The translations under genes and the position numbers were made by a program. From positions 1,216,001 to 1,280,000 of the forward strand of contig CAVUDP010000001.1 of NCBI GenBank assembly GCA_963740315.1: DNA of 64,000 nt. Reading direction: 5' to 3'. Of the stretch, positions 29,799-40,785 are shown in pieces (position 1 is the stretch's first letter; every line of letters starts with the position of its first letter). Source of the DNA: an uncultured cyanobacterium (GTDB lineage Bacteria > Cyanobacteriota > Cyanobacteriia > Cyanobacteriales > Nostocaceae). The notes under the pieces are model-generated. The model was not told the origin of the DNA, did no database searches, and saw only the letters and a program-made list of their open reading frames with translations.

Positions 29799-31556
29799 AT
29801 GACCGAAGTAACTGCTCCTCCTCTTAAAAGCTCTACAAATCTTGCCGCATCTTCAATTAATTACCAAGTTGCGATGCCGAATCCTCAAAACCATCTGTTT
29901 GAGGTTACTTTACACTTAAAGGATTATTCATCATCTAGTTTAGATTTAAAAATGCCCGTTTGGACTCCCGGCTCTTACTTGGTACGGGAATATGCCAAGC
30001 AATTACAAGATTTTTCGGCTTGGAGTGATGGTAAAGCTTTAACTTGGCGTAAAATTGGTAAAAATCATTGGGTAGTAGATACAGAGGGTGTTTCTGAAGT
30101 TACAGTTAATTACCGTATTTTTGCTAACGAATTAACCGTGCGGACAAACCATTTAGATGCAACTCACGGTTATTTTAATGGAGCAGCGCTATTTTTCCGA
30201 ATCCCAGAATTAGATCGTCTGCCAATTCGCGTTAGCATTCAAACACCACACCCTCAGTGGCAGGTAACAACAGCACTAGCAGCAGTTGAAGAAAATACTT
30301 TTGTTGCTAAAGACTTTGATACCCTTGTAGACAGCCCCTTTGAAATCGGTACCCATGAGCTATATGACTTCGAGGTGATGGGAAAACCGCATCAACTAGC
30401 AATTTGGGGAAAAGGTAACGTCAAAGTCGAACCGTTGATTGAAGATATCAAGAAAATCATCGAAGTAGAAGCGCAGATGTTTGGCGGTTTACCTTACGAA
30501 CGATATTTATTTCTGCTGCACTTATCCGCGCAATCATTCGGCGGTTTGGAACATAAAGACTCCTGCTCCTTAATTTATCGCCGCTTTGGATTTGGCGATC
30601 GCGAAAAATACGAGCGTTTCATGCAGTTGGTAGCCCATGAATTCTTCCACTTATGGAATGTTAAACGCATTCGTCCTAAAGAATTGGAAGTTTTCGATTA
30701 CGATCGAGAAAACTATACACCTTCTTTGTGGTTTTGCGAAGGTACTACAAGCTACTATGACTTATTAATTCCTTTAAGAGCCGGAATTTATAATGTTAGC
30801 TCTTACTTAAATAATTTAAGTAAAGAAATTACTCGACATGAAACAACACCGGGGCGTAAAGTACAACCCGTTTCCGAATCGAGTTTTGATGCTTGGATTA
30901 AACTTTACCGTCAAGATGCTAACAGTCCAAATTCTCAAATCTCCTACTATTTGAAAGGAGAAATGATTACATTGTTGTTAGATTTGCTGATTCGCGATCG
31001 CCATAACAATCAACGTTCCCTCGATGATGTGATGCTCAAACTATGGCAGCAATTTGGTAAAGACGAAATTGGTTATACTGCTGAGGAATTGAAGCAAATT
31101 ATCGAATCCGTAGCCGGAATTGATTTAACAGACTTCTTCCAACGTTATGTCCACGGTAGAGAAGATTTACCCTTTAACGAATATCTCCAACCTTTCGGTT
31201 TGAAATTAGTTGCCGACACGAACGAGGAGCCATTTTTAGGAATAAAAGTAACTAGTAATAATGCCAAAGAATCAATCAAATTTGTAGAAACAGATTCCCC
31301 AGCAGAAATTGCCGGAATAGACGCAGGAGATGAATTATTAGCAATTGATGGGATTAAAGTAACCGGACAATTAAGCGAAAGATTGAAAGATTATCAACCG
31401 CAAGATAGCATTGAAGTTACCGTATTTCATCAAGATGAACTGTGTACTTATAGCGTTACCTTAGCAGAACCTCGTGCTAACAAATACGAAGTAGTACCAG
31501 TTGAAAATCCTAATGCTGCTCAGAAAGAGAAATTTACAAAGTTTTTACGGGTGTAG
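29799..31556 (+). CDS. M61 family metallopeptidase with PDZ domain
   Basis: MPVWTPGSY, GGLEH, HEFFHLWN, EGTTSYY and SYYLKG, with PDZ motif SPAEIAGIDAGD. Confidence 0.95.
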   Translation: MTEVTAPPLKSSTNLAASSINYQVAMPNPQNHLFEVTLHLKDYSSSSLDLKMPVWTPGSYLVREYAKQLQDFSAWSDGKALTWRKIGKNHWVVDTEGVSEVTVNYRIFANELTVRTNHLDATHGYFNGAALFFRIPELDRLPIRVSIQTPHPQWQVTTALAAVEENTFVAKDFDTLVDSPFEIGTHELYDFEVMGKPHQLAIWGKGNVKVEPLIEDIKKIIEVEAQMFGGLPYERYLFLLHLSAQSFGGLEHKDSCSLIYRRFGFGDREKYERFMQLVAHEFFHLWNVKRIRPKELEVFDYDRENYTPSLWFCEGTTSYYDLLIPLRAGIYNVSSYLNNLSKEITRHETTPGRKVQPVSESSFDAWIKLYRQDANSPNSQISYYLKGEMITLLLDLLIRDRHNNQRSLDDVMLKLWQQFGKDEIGYTAEELKQIIESVAGIDLTDFFQRYVHGREDLPFNEYLQPFGLKLVADTNEEPFLGIKVTSNNAKESIKFVETDSPAEIAGIDAGDELLAIDGIKVTGQLSERLKDYQPQDSIEVTVFHQDELCTYSVTLAEPRANKYEVVPVENPNAAQKEKFTKFLRV

Positions 31557-31579
31557 TTTCTGAGTTTGGATTGTAGATT

Positions 31580-31758
31580 GTAGGTTGGGTTAGGCGCACA
31601 TATAATTTTTATGATTCACCAAGAATAAAAAGCGCCGTAACCCAACATCATGATTATGGATAAATACTGTAGAAAATCTTTAACGTTGTGTTGGGTTACG
31701 GTTCAAATATAAGTTATTTGTTGAAAATTACAATCTTCGCGAACCTAACCCAACCTAC
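31580..31758. repeat. GTAG-type REP/REPIN-like element, copy 1
   Basis: Perfect 15-bp terminal inverted repeat GTAGGTTGGGTTAGG/CCTAACCCAACCTAC, with an inner CCGTAACCCAACA/TGTTGGGTTACGG pair. Confidence 0.88.
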
Positions 31759-31794
31759 TAACTACAAAGTTGGGAATATAAATAAAATGTAGTT

Positions 31795-33072
31795 TTAATG
31801 CTTCTTTTGTAAGTGCGACACCCACTCTTTCATGACTGCGGTAATTTGTCGCAAGTCGTCTTCACTAATAATGTATGGGGGCATCGCGTACAGCCATTTG
31901 CTATACGGACGAAGCCATACTCCCCGTTTTAGGGCAAACTCCCTGAATCCTATGAGGTTCGACGCAGATTCAAACTCTAGGACTCCTATAGCTCCAAGTA
32001 CTCGTGCGTCGCAAAGCGATCGCCCTTCCAATCCCTGGATCTCTTCAAAGAGTACTTGCTCAATAGCTTTGATTTTACCGAGGTAGTTTTCGCTTTCGAT
32101 AAGACTGATACTTGCCAAAGCCACAGCGCAGGCTACTGCATTTCCCATGAAAGTCGGCCCGTGCATGAAGGCTAATTCCGGATCGTCGCTGAGAAAGGAC
32201 TCGTAGACTTGGCTTGTAGCGATAGTCGCTGATAGTCCGAAGTATCCGCCAGTCAGCGCTTTACTAAGCACCATGATATCCGGGGTGACATTGGCAAGCT
32301 CCGCTGCGAATAAAGCTCCTGTTCGTCCGAAACCCGTTGCTATCTCGTCGAATATAAGTAGCACTCCGTATTCATCACACAGTTTTCGGGCATGGAATAA
32401 ATACTCGGGAGGATAGAAGCGAAAGCCACCAGCCCCTTGAAATATCGGTTCGAGGATGACGGCGGCAATCTGGTTGTTGTTCGATTTCAGAAGCTCGGCG
32501 AGTTGAAAAAGCGATGCTTGGCATTCGTCAGACTCGATGTTAGCCCCGCCTGGTGCATCAACGAAATACTGGGGGAGTATGACTCCTTTAAACAATCTGT
32601 GCATTCCTTCGTCGTCGTCACTCACAGACATTGCACCTGTCGTGTCGCCGTGATACCCCCGGCGAAGCGCCACGAAACGGCTTTTTTCGGAAACCCCTTT
32701 GTTGCGCCAGAACTGAATTGCCATCTTTAACGCCACCTCTACCCCCACTGAGCCGCTGTCACCAAAGAACACGTGATTAAGTCCAGATGGGGTAATCCTG
32801 ACTAATGTCTCGGCTAAATTAATCGCTGCATCGTTAACGAGGCCCCCAAGCATAACATGAGCGAATTTTGCAAGCTGCTCCTCAACGGCCTTATTGAGGA
32901 CGGGGTGATTGTACCCGTGAATAACGCACCACCACGAAGAGATGCCATCAATGAGTACCGTGCCATCATCAAGGTAGAGCTTGACCCCCTCTGCTCGGAC
33001 TACTCGATACGGAGGCGGAACGGTCTTCATTTGTGCATACGGAAGCCAGAGCGAATTAACTTGTGTCGTCAT
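31795..33072 (-). CDS. bioA: Adenosylmethionine--8-amino-7-oxononanoate transaminase
   Basis: W.PY.Q, DGISSWW, SGSVGVEVALKMA, GYHGDT, DEIATGFGRTG, the PLP lysine in SKALTGG, and HGPTFMGN. The start is ATG 33072, since the longer frame runs into the repeat. Confidence 0.93.
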   Translation of the reverse strand: MTTQVNSLWLPYAQMKTVPPPYRVVRAEGVKLYLDDGTVLIDGISSWWCVIHGYNHPVLNKAVEEQLAKFAHVMLGGLVNDAAINLAETLVRITPSGLNHVFFGDSGSVGVEVALKMAIQFWRNKGVSEKSRFVALRRGYHGDTTGAMSVSDDDEGMHRLFKGVILPQYFVDAPGGANIESDECQASLFQLAELLKSNNNQIAAVILEPIFQGAGGFRFYPPEYLFHARKLCDEYGVLLIFDEIATGFGRTGALFAAELANVTPDIMVLSKALTGGYFGLSATIATSQVYESFLSDDPELAFMHGPTFMGNAVACAVALASISLIESENYLGKIKAIEQVLFEEIQGLEGRSLCDARVLGAIGVLEFESASNLIGFREFALKRGVWLRPYSKWLYAMPPYIISEDDLRQITAVMKEWVSHLQKKH

Positions 33073-33103
33073 CGGGGTTGATGTCAATTTATTGACGTAG
33101 TTA

Positions 33104-33288
33104 CTAGGTTGGGTTAGACAGGAAAACCAATTTAATTTGTAAGATAAATATTTATTTATCGTGTCGCAACCCAACATTAATGCTGGGGGTATTTTATAAT
33201 GTTCATTCGCAATACTGATGTTGGGTTACGGTTCAAATATAGGTTATTTGTTGAAAATTATAATTTTGGTGAACCTAACCCAACCTAC
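33104..33288. repeat. GTAG-type REP/REPIN-like element, copy 2
   Basis: Same termini as copy 1. 33219-33288 matches 31689-31758 at 65 of 70 positions. Confidence 0.88.
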
Positions 33289-33384
33289 AAAATCAATTTT
33301 TTTACTGAAATTACTGTGATAGGGGCTTTGTATATGTGGTTCCCCACCCTTCGAGGGTGAGGGCGATTAATATTTTCCCACCTA

Positions 33385-34122
33385 TTAAGCGTGTCTTTTC
33401 AAAACCCCCGGCTCTTGCTGCATTGGCAACACATCTAAAGTATCAATTTGAGAACAGTATTTTAAATCATCGTTGCAATCTAAACCTAATAAACGTTTAC
33501 CGTGGCTGGCATATTTAAACATTTGTAACAAATCATCTTTCCATTGAGAATAAAGCGCGATCGCAGCAATCACTTCATCGTTACCCGCAACATCATCTAT
33601 AGATAACTTTGTTTTTTCCAATAGATGATGAGCGATCGCACCAGCACAAGCAGTATCTTCAAGAGAGTAACTACCTTGCCATCCCGAACCTACCATCCAA
33701 ACGGTTTCTGGTTGATTTTGCACTAAATATTCAACCACAGATGTTAGATTAACAAACGCTCCGGTAATAACCGTTTGAGCCTCCTGAATTCTTTGTAAAG
33801 CACGAGTACCGTTAGTAGTACTGATAAACAAGCGCTTTCCTTCCACCACTTCTTGTTTACAGTCGAGAGGAGAATTGCCCAAATCAAAACCAGGAACTTT
33901 CGCACCACCCCTTTCCCCAGCCCGCAAACGTTTGTCAGCGGGAAAGTTTTCGCTGACTTCCACAAGTTTATCCAAATCGCTAAAAAATTGAACCGCTTCC
34001 CCACCAGCAGCCAAAACCGTTGCCATCGTTGTAGTTGCACGCAAGACATCAACCGCGATCGCGCATTCTGGCATCTCACCCGTTGGGGTTTCTTCCGGAG
34101 CATGATAGATAAATAATTTCAT
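33385..34122 (-). CDS. comB: 2-phosphosulfolactate phosphatase family protein
   Basis: [22 protein letters not shown] and LEDTACAG. Confidence 0.92.
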   Translation of the reverse strand: MKLFIYHAPEETPTGEMPECAIAVDVLRATTTMATVLAAGGEAVQFFSDLDKLVEVSENFPADKRLRAGERGGAKVPGFDLGNSPLDCKQEVVEGKRLFISTTNGTRALQRIQEAQTVITGAFVNLTSVVEYLVQNQPETVWMVGSGWQGSYSLEDTACAGAIAHHLLEKTKLSIDDVAGNDEVIAAIALYSQWKDDLLQMFKYASHGKRLLGLDCNDDLKYCSQIDTLDVLPMQQEPGVLKRHA

Positions 34123-34192
34123 CCGCTTGATACACCTGCCTTTATATACACTGCCGAGATTTTAATACGCTTGGCGTGTCAACAGGAAGAAG

Positions 34193-34488
34193 ATGAGGTT
34201 CGGGGGAGATGGGGGGATGGGGAGATGGGGGGATGGGGGGATGGGGGGATGGGGAGATGGAGAGATGGGGTTCGGGGGAGATGGGGAGTACTTCGACAAG
34301 CTCAGTAACCTTTGGGGAGATGGGGGGATGGGGAGATGGGGAGATGGGGGGATGGGGAGATGGGGTTCGGGGGAGATGGGGAGATGGGGGGTTATGAGTT
34401 ATGAGTTATTAAACCTTAGTAACTGGTAACTGGTAACTGATAACTGGTAACTGGTAACTGGTAACTGGTAACTGATAACTGGTAACTG
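34193..34488. repeat. G-rich octamer array with a 32-bp element (34286-34317), followed by (TAACTGG)n
   Basis: Read directly. Confidence 0.9.
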
Positions 34489-34588
34489 TAATCTGGAAAT
34501 AAGAACGATCTAAAATGAAGCGTACTTGGCATTTACATTTGGCAACGTAGCTTAATCTAAAATTCAAAATCCAAAATCTAAAATCAAC

Positions 34589-35005
34589 ATGGCTCCTTTA
34601 CCCAATTACCGTCCCAAACAACTTTCTCTCGGTCCGTTGGAAGCAGAAATTTTAAATCTTGTTTGGCAGTTAGGCAAGGCTACGGTAAAAAACGTACACG
34701 ATCGCATTTTAGCCGATCCCAACCGCGAATTAGCTTATACTTCAGTTACTACCGTGCTACGACGGCTAACCCAAAAAGGTTGGCTTGAATGTAATAAACA
34801 AGGAAAAGCTTTTTATTGGCAACCATTACTAACAAAACAGCAGGCTGAAGTTATTCAAGCACACGAGCAGTTACAGCAATTTCTGAAGGTGGGAAATCCC
34901 GATGTAATTGCGGCTTTTGCGGATAGTCTAGATGAAGCAGATTCTGCGAAAATACAAGCAATAGCAAAACGAATTCAAGCTGCGCGACAAGCCAGGGAGG
35001 AATAA
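34589..35005 (+). CDS. BlaI/MecI/CopY-family repressor
   Basis: LGPLEAEILNLVW and LAYTSVTTVLRRLTQKGWL. Confidence 0.93.
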   Translation: MAPLPNYRPKQLSLGPLEAEILNLVWQLGKATVKNVHDRILADPNRELAYTSVTTVLRRLTQKGWLECNKQGKAFYWQPLLTKQQAEVIQAHEQLQQFLKVGNPDVIAAFADSLDEADSAKIQAIAKRIQAARQAREE

Positions 35006-35011
35006 ATAACA

Positions 35012-35851
35012 ATGCATTTTTTAATAATTTTTGCAGCTTTAATAGTTGCTTACACCATCAGATGTCGATGGACTCAAAGCGTCGATAGATGGAATCAACG
35101 TTGGGGGCGATCGCTATTTTTCTTTCTATTTCCTCCCTTATTAATTTTCATGACAACCTTCGCTTTGTTGTTCATGGGACCTCAAGGTACAATGGGCGGA
35201 TTGCAAACGGGTTGTTACGGCTATTTAATGGCGTTGGTTGCTCTGAATTTTTTCGCAATAATGTGTATAAAACAGGGGTGGCAAGGATGGCTATCGATCG
35301 AATCTACCCGCAACTGTCCCCAAATTAATGTAGCTGGAAAACAAGTTCGATTGCTAAATACAGGAGCATTATTTGCCGGACAAGTTGGCTTTTTAAAACC
35401 AGAATTAGTTATAAGTTCTGGATTATTAGAAACTATGAATGGCAAACATTTAGAAACAGTTTTGGCACACGAACAAGGACATTATTATTATCGCGATACA
35501 TTCTGGTTTTTCTGGCTGGGTTGGATGCGAGAATGTACCGCTTGGCTACCTAATACAGAAGCTTTATGGCAAGAATTATTAACCTTGCGTGAATTGCGAG
35601 CCGACGCTCACGCAATTTCATCTGTAGATCCTTTATTATTAGCAGAATCTCTGTTAATGGTTGTTAGCAATCCCCCCATATCTTCAGAAGTACTTTGTGC
35701 AGCATTAGGAACTCCGGGAGCCAAACGTTTAGAAGAAAGAGTAGAAGCCCTTTTATCTCAACCACAACCAGCCCCAAAGCTTCATTTCGCCTCTTTGAAT
35801 TGGCTTGTATGGACTTTTGTTCCTTTACTTAGCGTCGCGTTTCATAGTTAA
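35012..35851 (+). CDS. M56 family (BlaR1-like) membrane metallopeptidase
   Basis: HEQGH zinc motif, ELRAD and N-terminal TM helices. It lies 6 nt after the BlaI-like gene. Confidence 0.92.
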   Translation: MHFLIIFAALIVAYTIRCRWTQSVDRWNQRWGRSLFFFLFPPLLIFMTTFALLFMGPQGTMGGLQTGCYGYLMALVALNFFAIMCIKQGWQGWLSIESTRNCPQINVAGKQVRLLNTGALFAGQVGFLKPELVISSGLLETMNGKHLETVLAHEQGHYYYRDTFWFFWLGWMRECTAWLPNTEALWQELLTLRELRADAHAISSVDPLLLAESLLMVVSNPPISSEVLCAALGTPGAKRLEERVEALLSQPQPAPKLHFASLNWLVWTFVPLLSVAFHS

Positions 35852-35980
35852 TTAAGTATGAAGAATTAGGAATTGAAAATAGTTAGGAGTTAGGAGTTAG
35901 AAGTTAGAAGTTATTTACCTTTGGAGGGCATCCCAAAGTTTAAATTTGTAATGCAAGCATCTTACGATCTTGATATATAC

Positions 35981-36104
35981 AGCGAGCAAGATGCTCGCAC
36001 TCCCTTGTCCCCCTGAGCCGCACGCTCCGCGTGAACGGGTTGCGCCACTTGCTACAAGTCGGGGAACCCGCCAGGGCGCAGTGGCTTACCATCCCCTCAT
36101 CCCC
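35981..36104. repeat. Cluster of small GC-rich dispersed elements
   Basis: Contains the palindrome GCGAGCAAGATGCTCGC and the 21-mer GCCGCACGCTCCGCGTGAACG, whose exact reverse complement occurs at about 42257-42277. Confidence 0.75.
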
Positions 36105-37032
36105 TCTGGTGATACCAACGTCTAAATAACAAAGTCGCTTTATCTGTAGGAACATTACATTCTTCTGTTGTATTCGGAATTTCACCAAGTTGAGTTTCAA
36201 TTACAACTTTATCCTCGATAACAGGTTTGATAAATTCTTCAACAATAGATGTTTTTGATTTCTCGTTTGTTTCTCCTAACATCAATATTGATAAAATATA
36301 TCGTGTTTGCTCATCGTTAATTGGTACGCTAAATAAATGTACTCGAACTGGTATTCCCATCTCATCAAACTTTAACACCACAAGATTGGGTTGATGCCAT
36401 TCCAATGCAAACCCAGATGGAATATTATCAAAACGGTTAAAAACTTTTATGCTCGATTCTGTTTGCTCTATTTGATATTCAGCAATACTTTTTGCTTCCA
36501 AAGCTTGCTTACCAATCGCGCCACCAAAAGAGTTACGATGCACGAATGGTAAATGTACGAAATCCATTGCATTTTCAATTACCCGCGTCCAGTGAGCGTT
36601 CCAAATTTCATCATGAACGTAGTAAAATTGTGGCGTTCGCATTAAACTTTCAGGAAGCTGTGGTTCCGATACTTTCTCAAATCCTGTAAAAACCCATACC
36701 AATCCCGCAATGATGCGCGTCGGTAAACTTACGGCAGATAGCTTAGATAAATTAATTTCTGAAGGATTATTAAAAGAAACTTGAATACAGTTTCCATTAC
36801 GATCGAACTGCCAACCATGATAAGGACATTCCAAACAGCCGCGATCGTTTATTCTACCTAATGAAAGAGCAACTCCTCGATGGGGACATTTATCTAAAAG
36901 CGCACCTATTTTACCCAACGAATTGCGAAATAAAACTAATTGTTCTCCCGCTAATTCCACTGCAATAGGTGTATCTTTGATTTCTTCCACCGATATTACA
37001 GGTGTCCAAAAATTAGAAAACATTTCAAACAT
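36097..37032 (-). CDS. Rieske non-heme iron oxygenase (VanA/PaO-like alpha subunit)
   Basis: CPHRG...CPYHGW Rieske motif and ENAMDFVHLPFVH mononuclear iron motif. Confidence 0.92.
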   Translation of the reverse strand: MFEMFSNFWTPVISVEEIKDTPIAVELAGEQLVLFRNSLGKIGALLDKCPHRGVALSLGRINDRGCLECPYHGWQFDRNGNCIQVSFNNPSEINLSKLSAVSLPTRIIAGLVWVFTGFEKVSEPQLPESLMRTPQFYYVHDEIWNAHWTRVIENAMDFVHLPFVHRNSFGGAIGKQALEAKSIAEYQIEQTESSIKVFNRFDNIPSGFALEWHQPNLVVLKFDEMGIPVRVHLFSVPINDEQTRYILSILMLGETNEKSKTSIVEEFIKPVIEDKVVIETQLGEIPNTTEECNVPTDKATLLFRRWYHQRG

Positions 37033-37061
37033 AATTTCTCCTTTTAATTATTTCTTATAAC

Positions 37062-37081
37062 TACCTAAAATTAAGTAGGTA
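37062..37081. promoter_or_regulatory. Putative TetR operator TACCTA-N8-TAGGTA, upstream of the oxygenase
   Basis: The same palindrome recurs directly upstream of the TetR gene. Confidence 0.75.
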
Positions 37082-37157
37082 AAAAATACCTAATGTAGAG
37101 ACGTAGCACTGCTACGTCTGCCTAACGTTACATATCACAGCCAATACATCCCAAAAA

Positions 37158-37739
37158 TTACCTTTTCGTCGCACCCTTCAACAGCAAAGTAATCAAATCG
37201 GCTACCAATTCCCGATCGCCTTTAACTCCATAGCGCTTAAAAGTGTAAAGTGCTTCAATGGAAGATATAAAAGCACCACCAATAAAACCTGGATCTTGCT
37301 GTAAATCATCTTGTAAATCATCGCCATATCTAGCAAACAATTCCTCAATCGGTGCAAACGCGCCTTGGTACATTGCCGATTCGAGTTGAGCAGCTTTATA
37401 AGTAGATAATTGCGGTAAATCGGTTAAAATCATCCTCCCCCCATTCAAAGGAGGTTGCTCGATTAACCACATTCCGACAGAAAGCAAACAACTTTCTAAA
37501 TCTGGATTTGCTTGAGCTATCAACTTTTTTAAAACACCGCTGCGACGTTCTAAATGACGCAACATTACCTCTACGTACAAATCTTCTTTTCCTAAAGGGA
37601 AATGATAGTACAGCGAAGCTTGTTTTATTCCCAACGCTTTAGCAATATCCTTTAACGTCACAGCAGTGTAACCACGAGAGGTAAATAGTTGCTCGGCGAT
37701 ATTAAGGAGATTTTCTCGCGACGATTGCTGTTTGCTCAT
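37158..37739 (-). CDS. TetR/AcrR-family regulator
   Basis: LFTSRGYTAVTLKDIAKALGIKQASLYYHF. Confidence 0.95.
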   Translation of the reverse strand: MSKQQSSRENLLNIAEQLFTSRGYTAVTLKDIAKALGIKQASLYYHFPLGKEDLYVEVMLRHLERRSGVLKKLIAQANPDLESCLLSVGMWLIEQPPLNGGRMILTDLPQLSTYKAAQLESAMYQGAFAPIEELFARYGDDLQDDLQQDPGFIGGAFISSIEALYTFKRYGVKGDRELVADLITLLLKGATKR

Positions 37740-37741
37740 GT

Positions 37742-37776
37742 TACCTAACTTAAATTAGGTAGACAAGTTTTGTCAA
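37742..37776 (-). promoter_or_regulatory. TetR promoter (TTGACA-N18-TAAGTT) overlapped by operator TACCTA-N8-TAGGTA
   Basis: -35 at 37776-37771, -10-like at 37752-37747 and the operator at 37742-37761. Confidence 0.7.
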
Positions 37777-38002
37777 GGGGTTTGGGATGAATAAAAAATA
37801 GCGATCGCAACCTAATTTTAGAAATGTTCAAAAAAAGAATTATCCCCCAAAATTGATAACTATCGGCAGATATATAAATTTAGTTTAAGCAATCATTCCT
37901 TAACAATCTTAATAATCGTAAAGCACTCTTAACAAAAGCGATAGTAAGCATTCAACTTATGGGAACATAAATACAATCAACGTTGATATTTAGAATTTAT
38001 AG

Positions 38003-39019
<1,017 letters not shown>

Positions 39020-39038
39020 AATTCGATCGATCTTATTA

Positions 39039-39060
39039 TTCCCAGGCTTTGGCTTGGGAA
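39039..39060 (+). terminator. Hairpin downstream of por
   Basis: TTCCCAGGC-TTTG-GCTTGGGAA stem-loop 20 nt after the stop. Confidence 0.5.
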
Positions 39061-39413
39061 TGTAACTGAAATTAAAGTAATTAAATTAAATTACATATTT
39101 ACCGATCGAATACAAGAAGTTAAGCCAAGTAACTTCATAATTAGATCGAATTGGTATTGATTATAAGAAATACAAACTTGCCATAGAATCCTTATTTTAA
39201 ATTTTAATAAAATGTATAAATACTACCCATTAATCTCAATAACGTGTAGTTGATAATACGTATATAACTTATTATTGTTTGTTTATATATTTACATCCGA
39301 AGATTTAATATCAGGTTAATATCCGATATATTTTATGATAAATATGTTTCAAAAAGTGCAACAATTGTCTGTTGTTAGTCAGCTTATAGTAATCCATACA
39401 TCAGGTTAGACAC

Positions 39414-40055
39414 ATGGTAGTAAAGTTGATTCAAAATGTTGCTAAAGTAGGCTACCGAGCAAGCACATTAGGGCTAGAAAAAGGTTCGCATGTGACGCGC
39501 TACTATATGTACAACCACCTTTCACAATACTGCGATTCACGACCGTGTGAGCATCGCGTTTTGTCTATTAGCGAATCGGGATATCTGGCAAAGCTATTAG
39601 GTTACGAAGAGAATCAAATAACTGATTTAACATATCCTGACGTTAATGTTCTTAATCTTCCTTTGCAAGATGAGGAATTTGATGCAGTAGTTAGCGACCA
39701 AGTTTTAGAACATATAGAAGGTAATCCATACACTGCTTTTGCTGAAACTTTCCGCATTCTAAAACCGGGTGGAATTGCCCTACATACGACTTGTTTTATC
39801 AATCCAATACACGCTACACCAAGTGATTTCTGGAGATTTACACCAGATGCTTTGAAATTATTAGCTTGCGAGCATGGAGAAATTATTGATGTCGGAGGTT
39901 GGGGAAATCCATTTATATGGGTTTATAATGCGCTGGGATTAAGATTTGAATCTATTCCTCATGCAAATTGGCATCCCGGACATTGGGTTGCAACAAAAAA
40001 TGTTAAACGTTGGCCTATGGTTACTTGGGTTTTAGCGAGAAAAGCTTCTGTTTAA
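39414..40055 (+). CDS. Class I SAM-dependent methyltransferase (type 11-like)
   Basis: LPLQDEEFDAVVSDQVLEH, RILKPGG and DFWRFT. Confidence 0.85.
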   Translation: MVVKLIQNVAKVGYRASTLGLEKGSHVTRYYMYNHLSQYCDSRPCEHRVLSISESGYLAKLLGYEENQITDLTYPDVNVLNLPLQDEEFDAVVSDQVLEHIEGNPYTAFAETFRILKPGGIALHTTCFINPIHATPSDFWRFTPDALKLLACEHGEIIDVGGWGNPFIWVYNALGLRFESIPHANWHPGHWVATKNVKRWPMVTWVLARKASV

Positions 40056-40179
40056 TCAAGTCAAATGTTGGGTTAGCTTGCTTTTATTTAATTAAGCTAA
40101 TAGTAAAATTGTAAGTTGGGTTAGACTTAGTTTTACCTAACTTATGACTATTTATACTTAGATAAAATGAATCTAAAAA

Positions 40180-40782
40180 ATGGCTTATAGTGATTTTAAA
40201 TTAGCTCAAGTTATCCAATTGTTTGGCTTAACGGTTCATGAAGGCTCTAGAATATTTGCTGGTTTTCCTGAAGAAAAATGTAGCGACTTACTTTCAACTA
40301 TTCTCAAAGAGAATGTAGATTTAGCGGTTGCTATTAATACAGAAAAAGCCCGTTCTGAAATGATAATTAGTCCAATACTGCTTGAAGTTCGACGTAAACT
40401 TGATAACAAAATTAGTTTATTTTCAGGAGTAGATTTTAATGTCGATAGTACAAGAGGATTAAATGGCTTCTGTGACTTCCTTATTAGTCTTTCTCAAGAA
40501 CAGCTTTTCATCCGGGCACCTGCAATTACTCTGGTTGAAACAAAGAATGAAAACCTTAAATCGGGATTAGGTCAGTGTATTGCAGAAATGATTGCAGCAC
40601 AGCTTTTTAATGAAATGCAGGGAAATAAAATTAAAAATATTTATGGTGTAATAACGATTGGAACGATTTGGCAGTTTTTGAGATTAGAAGATAATAATAT
40701 TTTCATCGATTTGAGTGAATATTATATTCAAGATGTTGAAAAAATTCTAGGAATCTTAGTTAACGCACTCAGACAAAATTGA
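40180..40782 (+). CDS. Conserved cyanobacterial hypothetical protein, PD-(D/E)XK nuclease-like
   Basis: EKARSEMIISPIL, LNGFCDF, VETK, GQCIAEM and YGVITIG..W.F. Confidence 0.75.
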   Translation: MAYSDFKLAQVIQLFGLTVHEGSRIFAGFPEEKCSDLLSTILKENVDLAVAINTEKARSEMIISPILLEVRRKLDNKISLFSGVDFNVDSTRGLNGFCDFLISLSQEQLFIRAPAITLVETKNENLKSGLGQCIAEMIAAQLFNEMQGNKIKNIYGVITIGTIWQFLRLEDNNIFIDLSEYYIQDVEKILGILVNALRQN

Positions 40783-40785
40783 AAA

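Noticed and set aside
33073..33177. N-terminal extension of bioA in the ORF track (similar cases at 2403-2540, 9878-9928 and 48863-48970)
   Set aside because: These extensions run through repeats, AT-rich spacer DNA or an upstream gene. Family-like sequence begins at the downstream ATG.
31580..33288. Integron cassette with attC sites around bioA
   Set aside because: There is no integrase in the window, and the element ends are GTAG...CTAC rather than RYYYAAC...GTTRRRY. They fit REP-type elements better.
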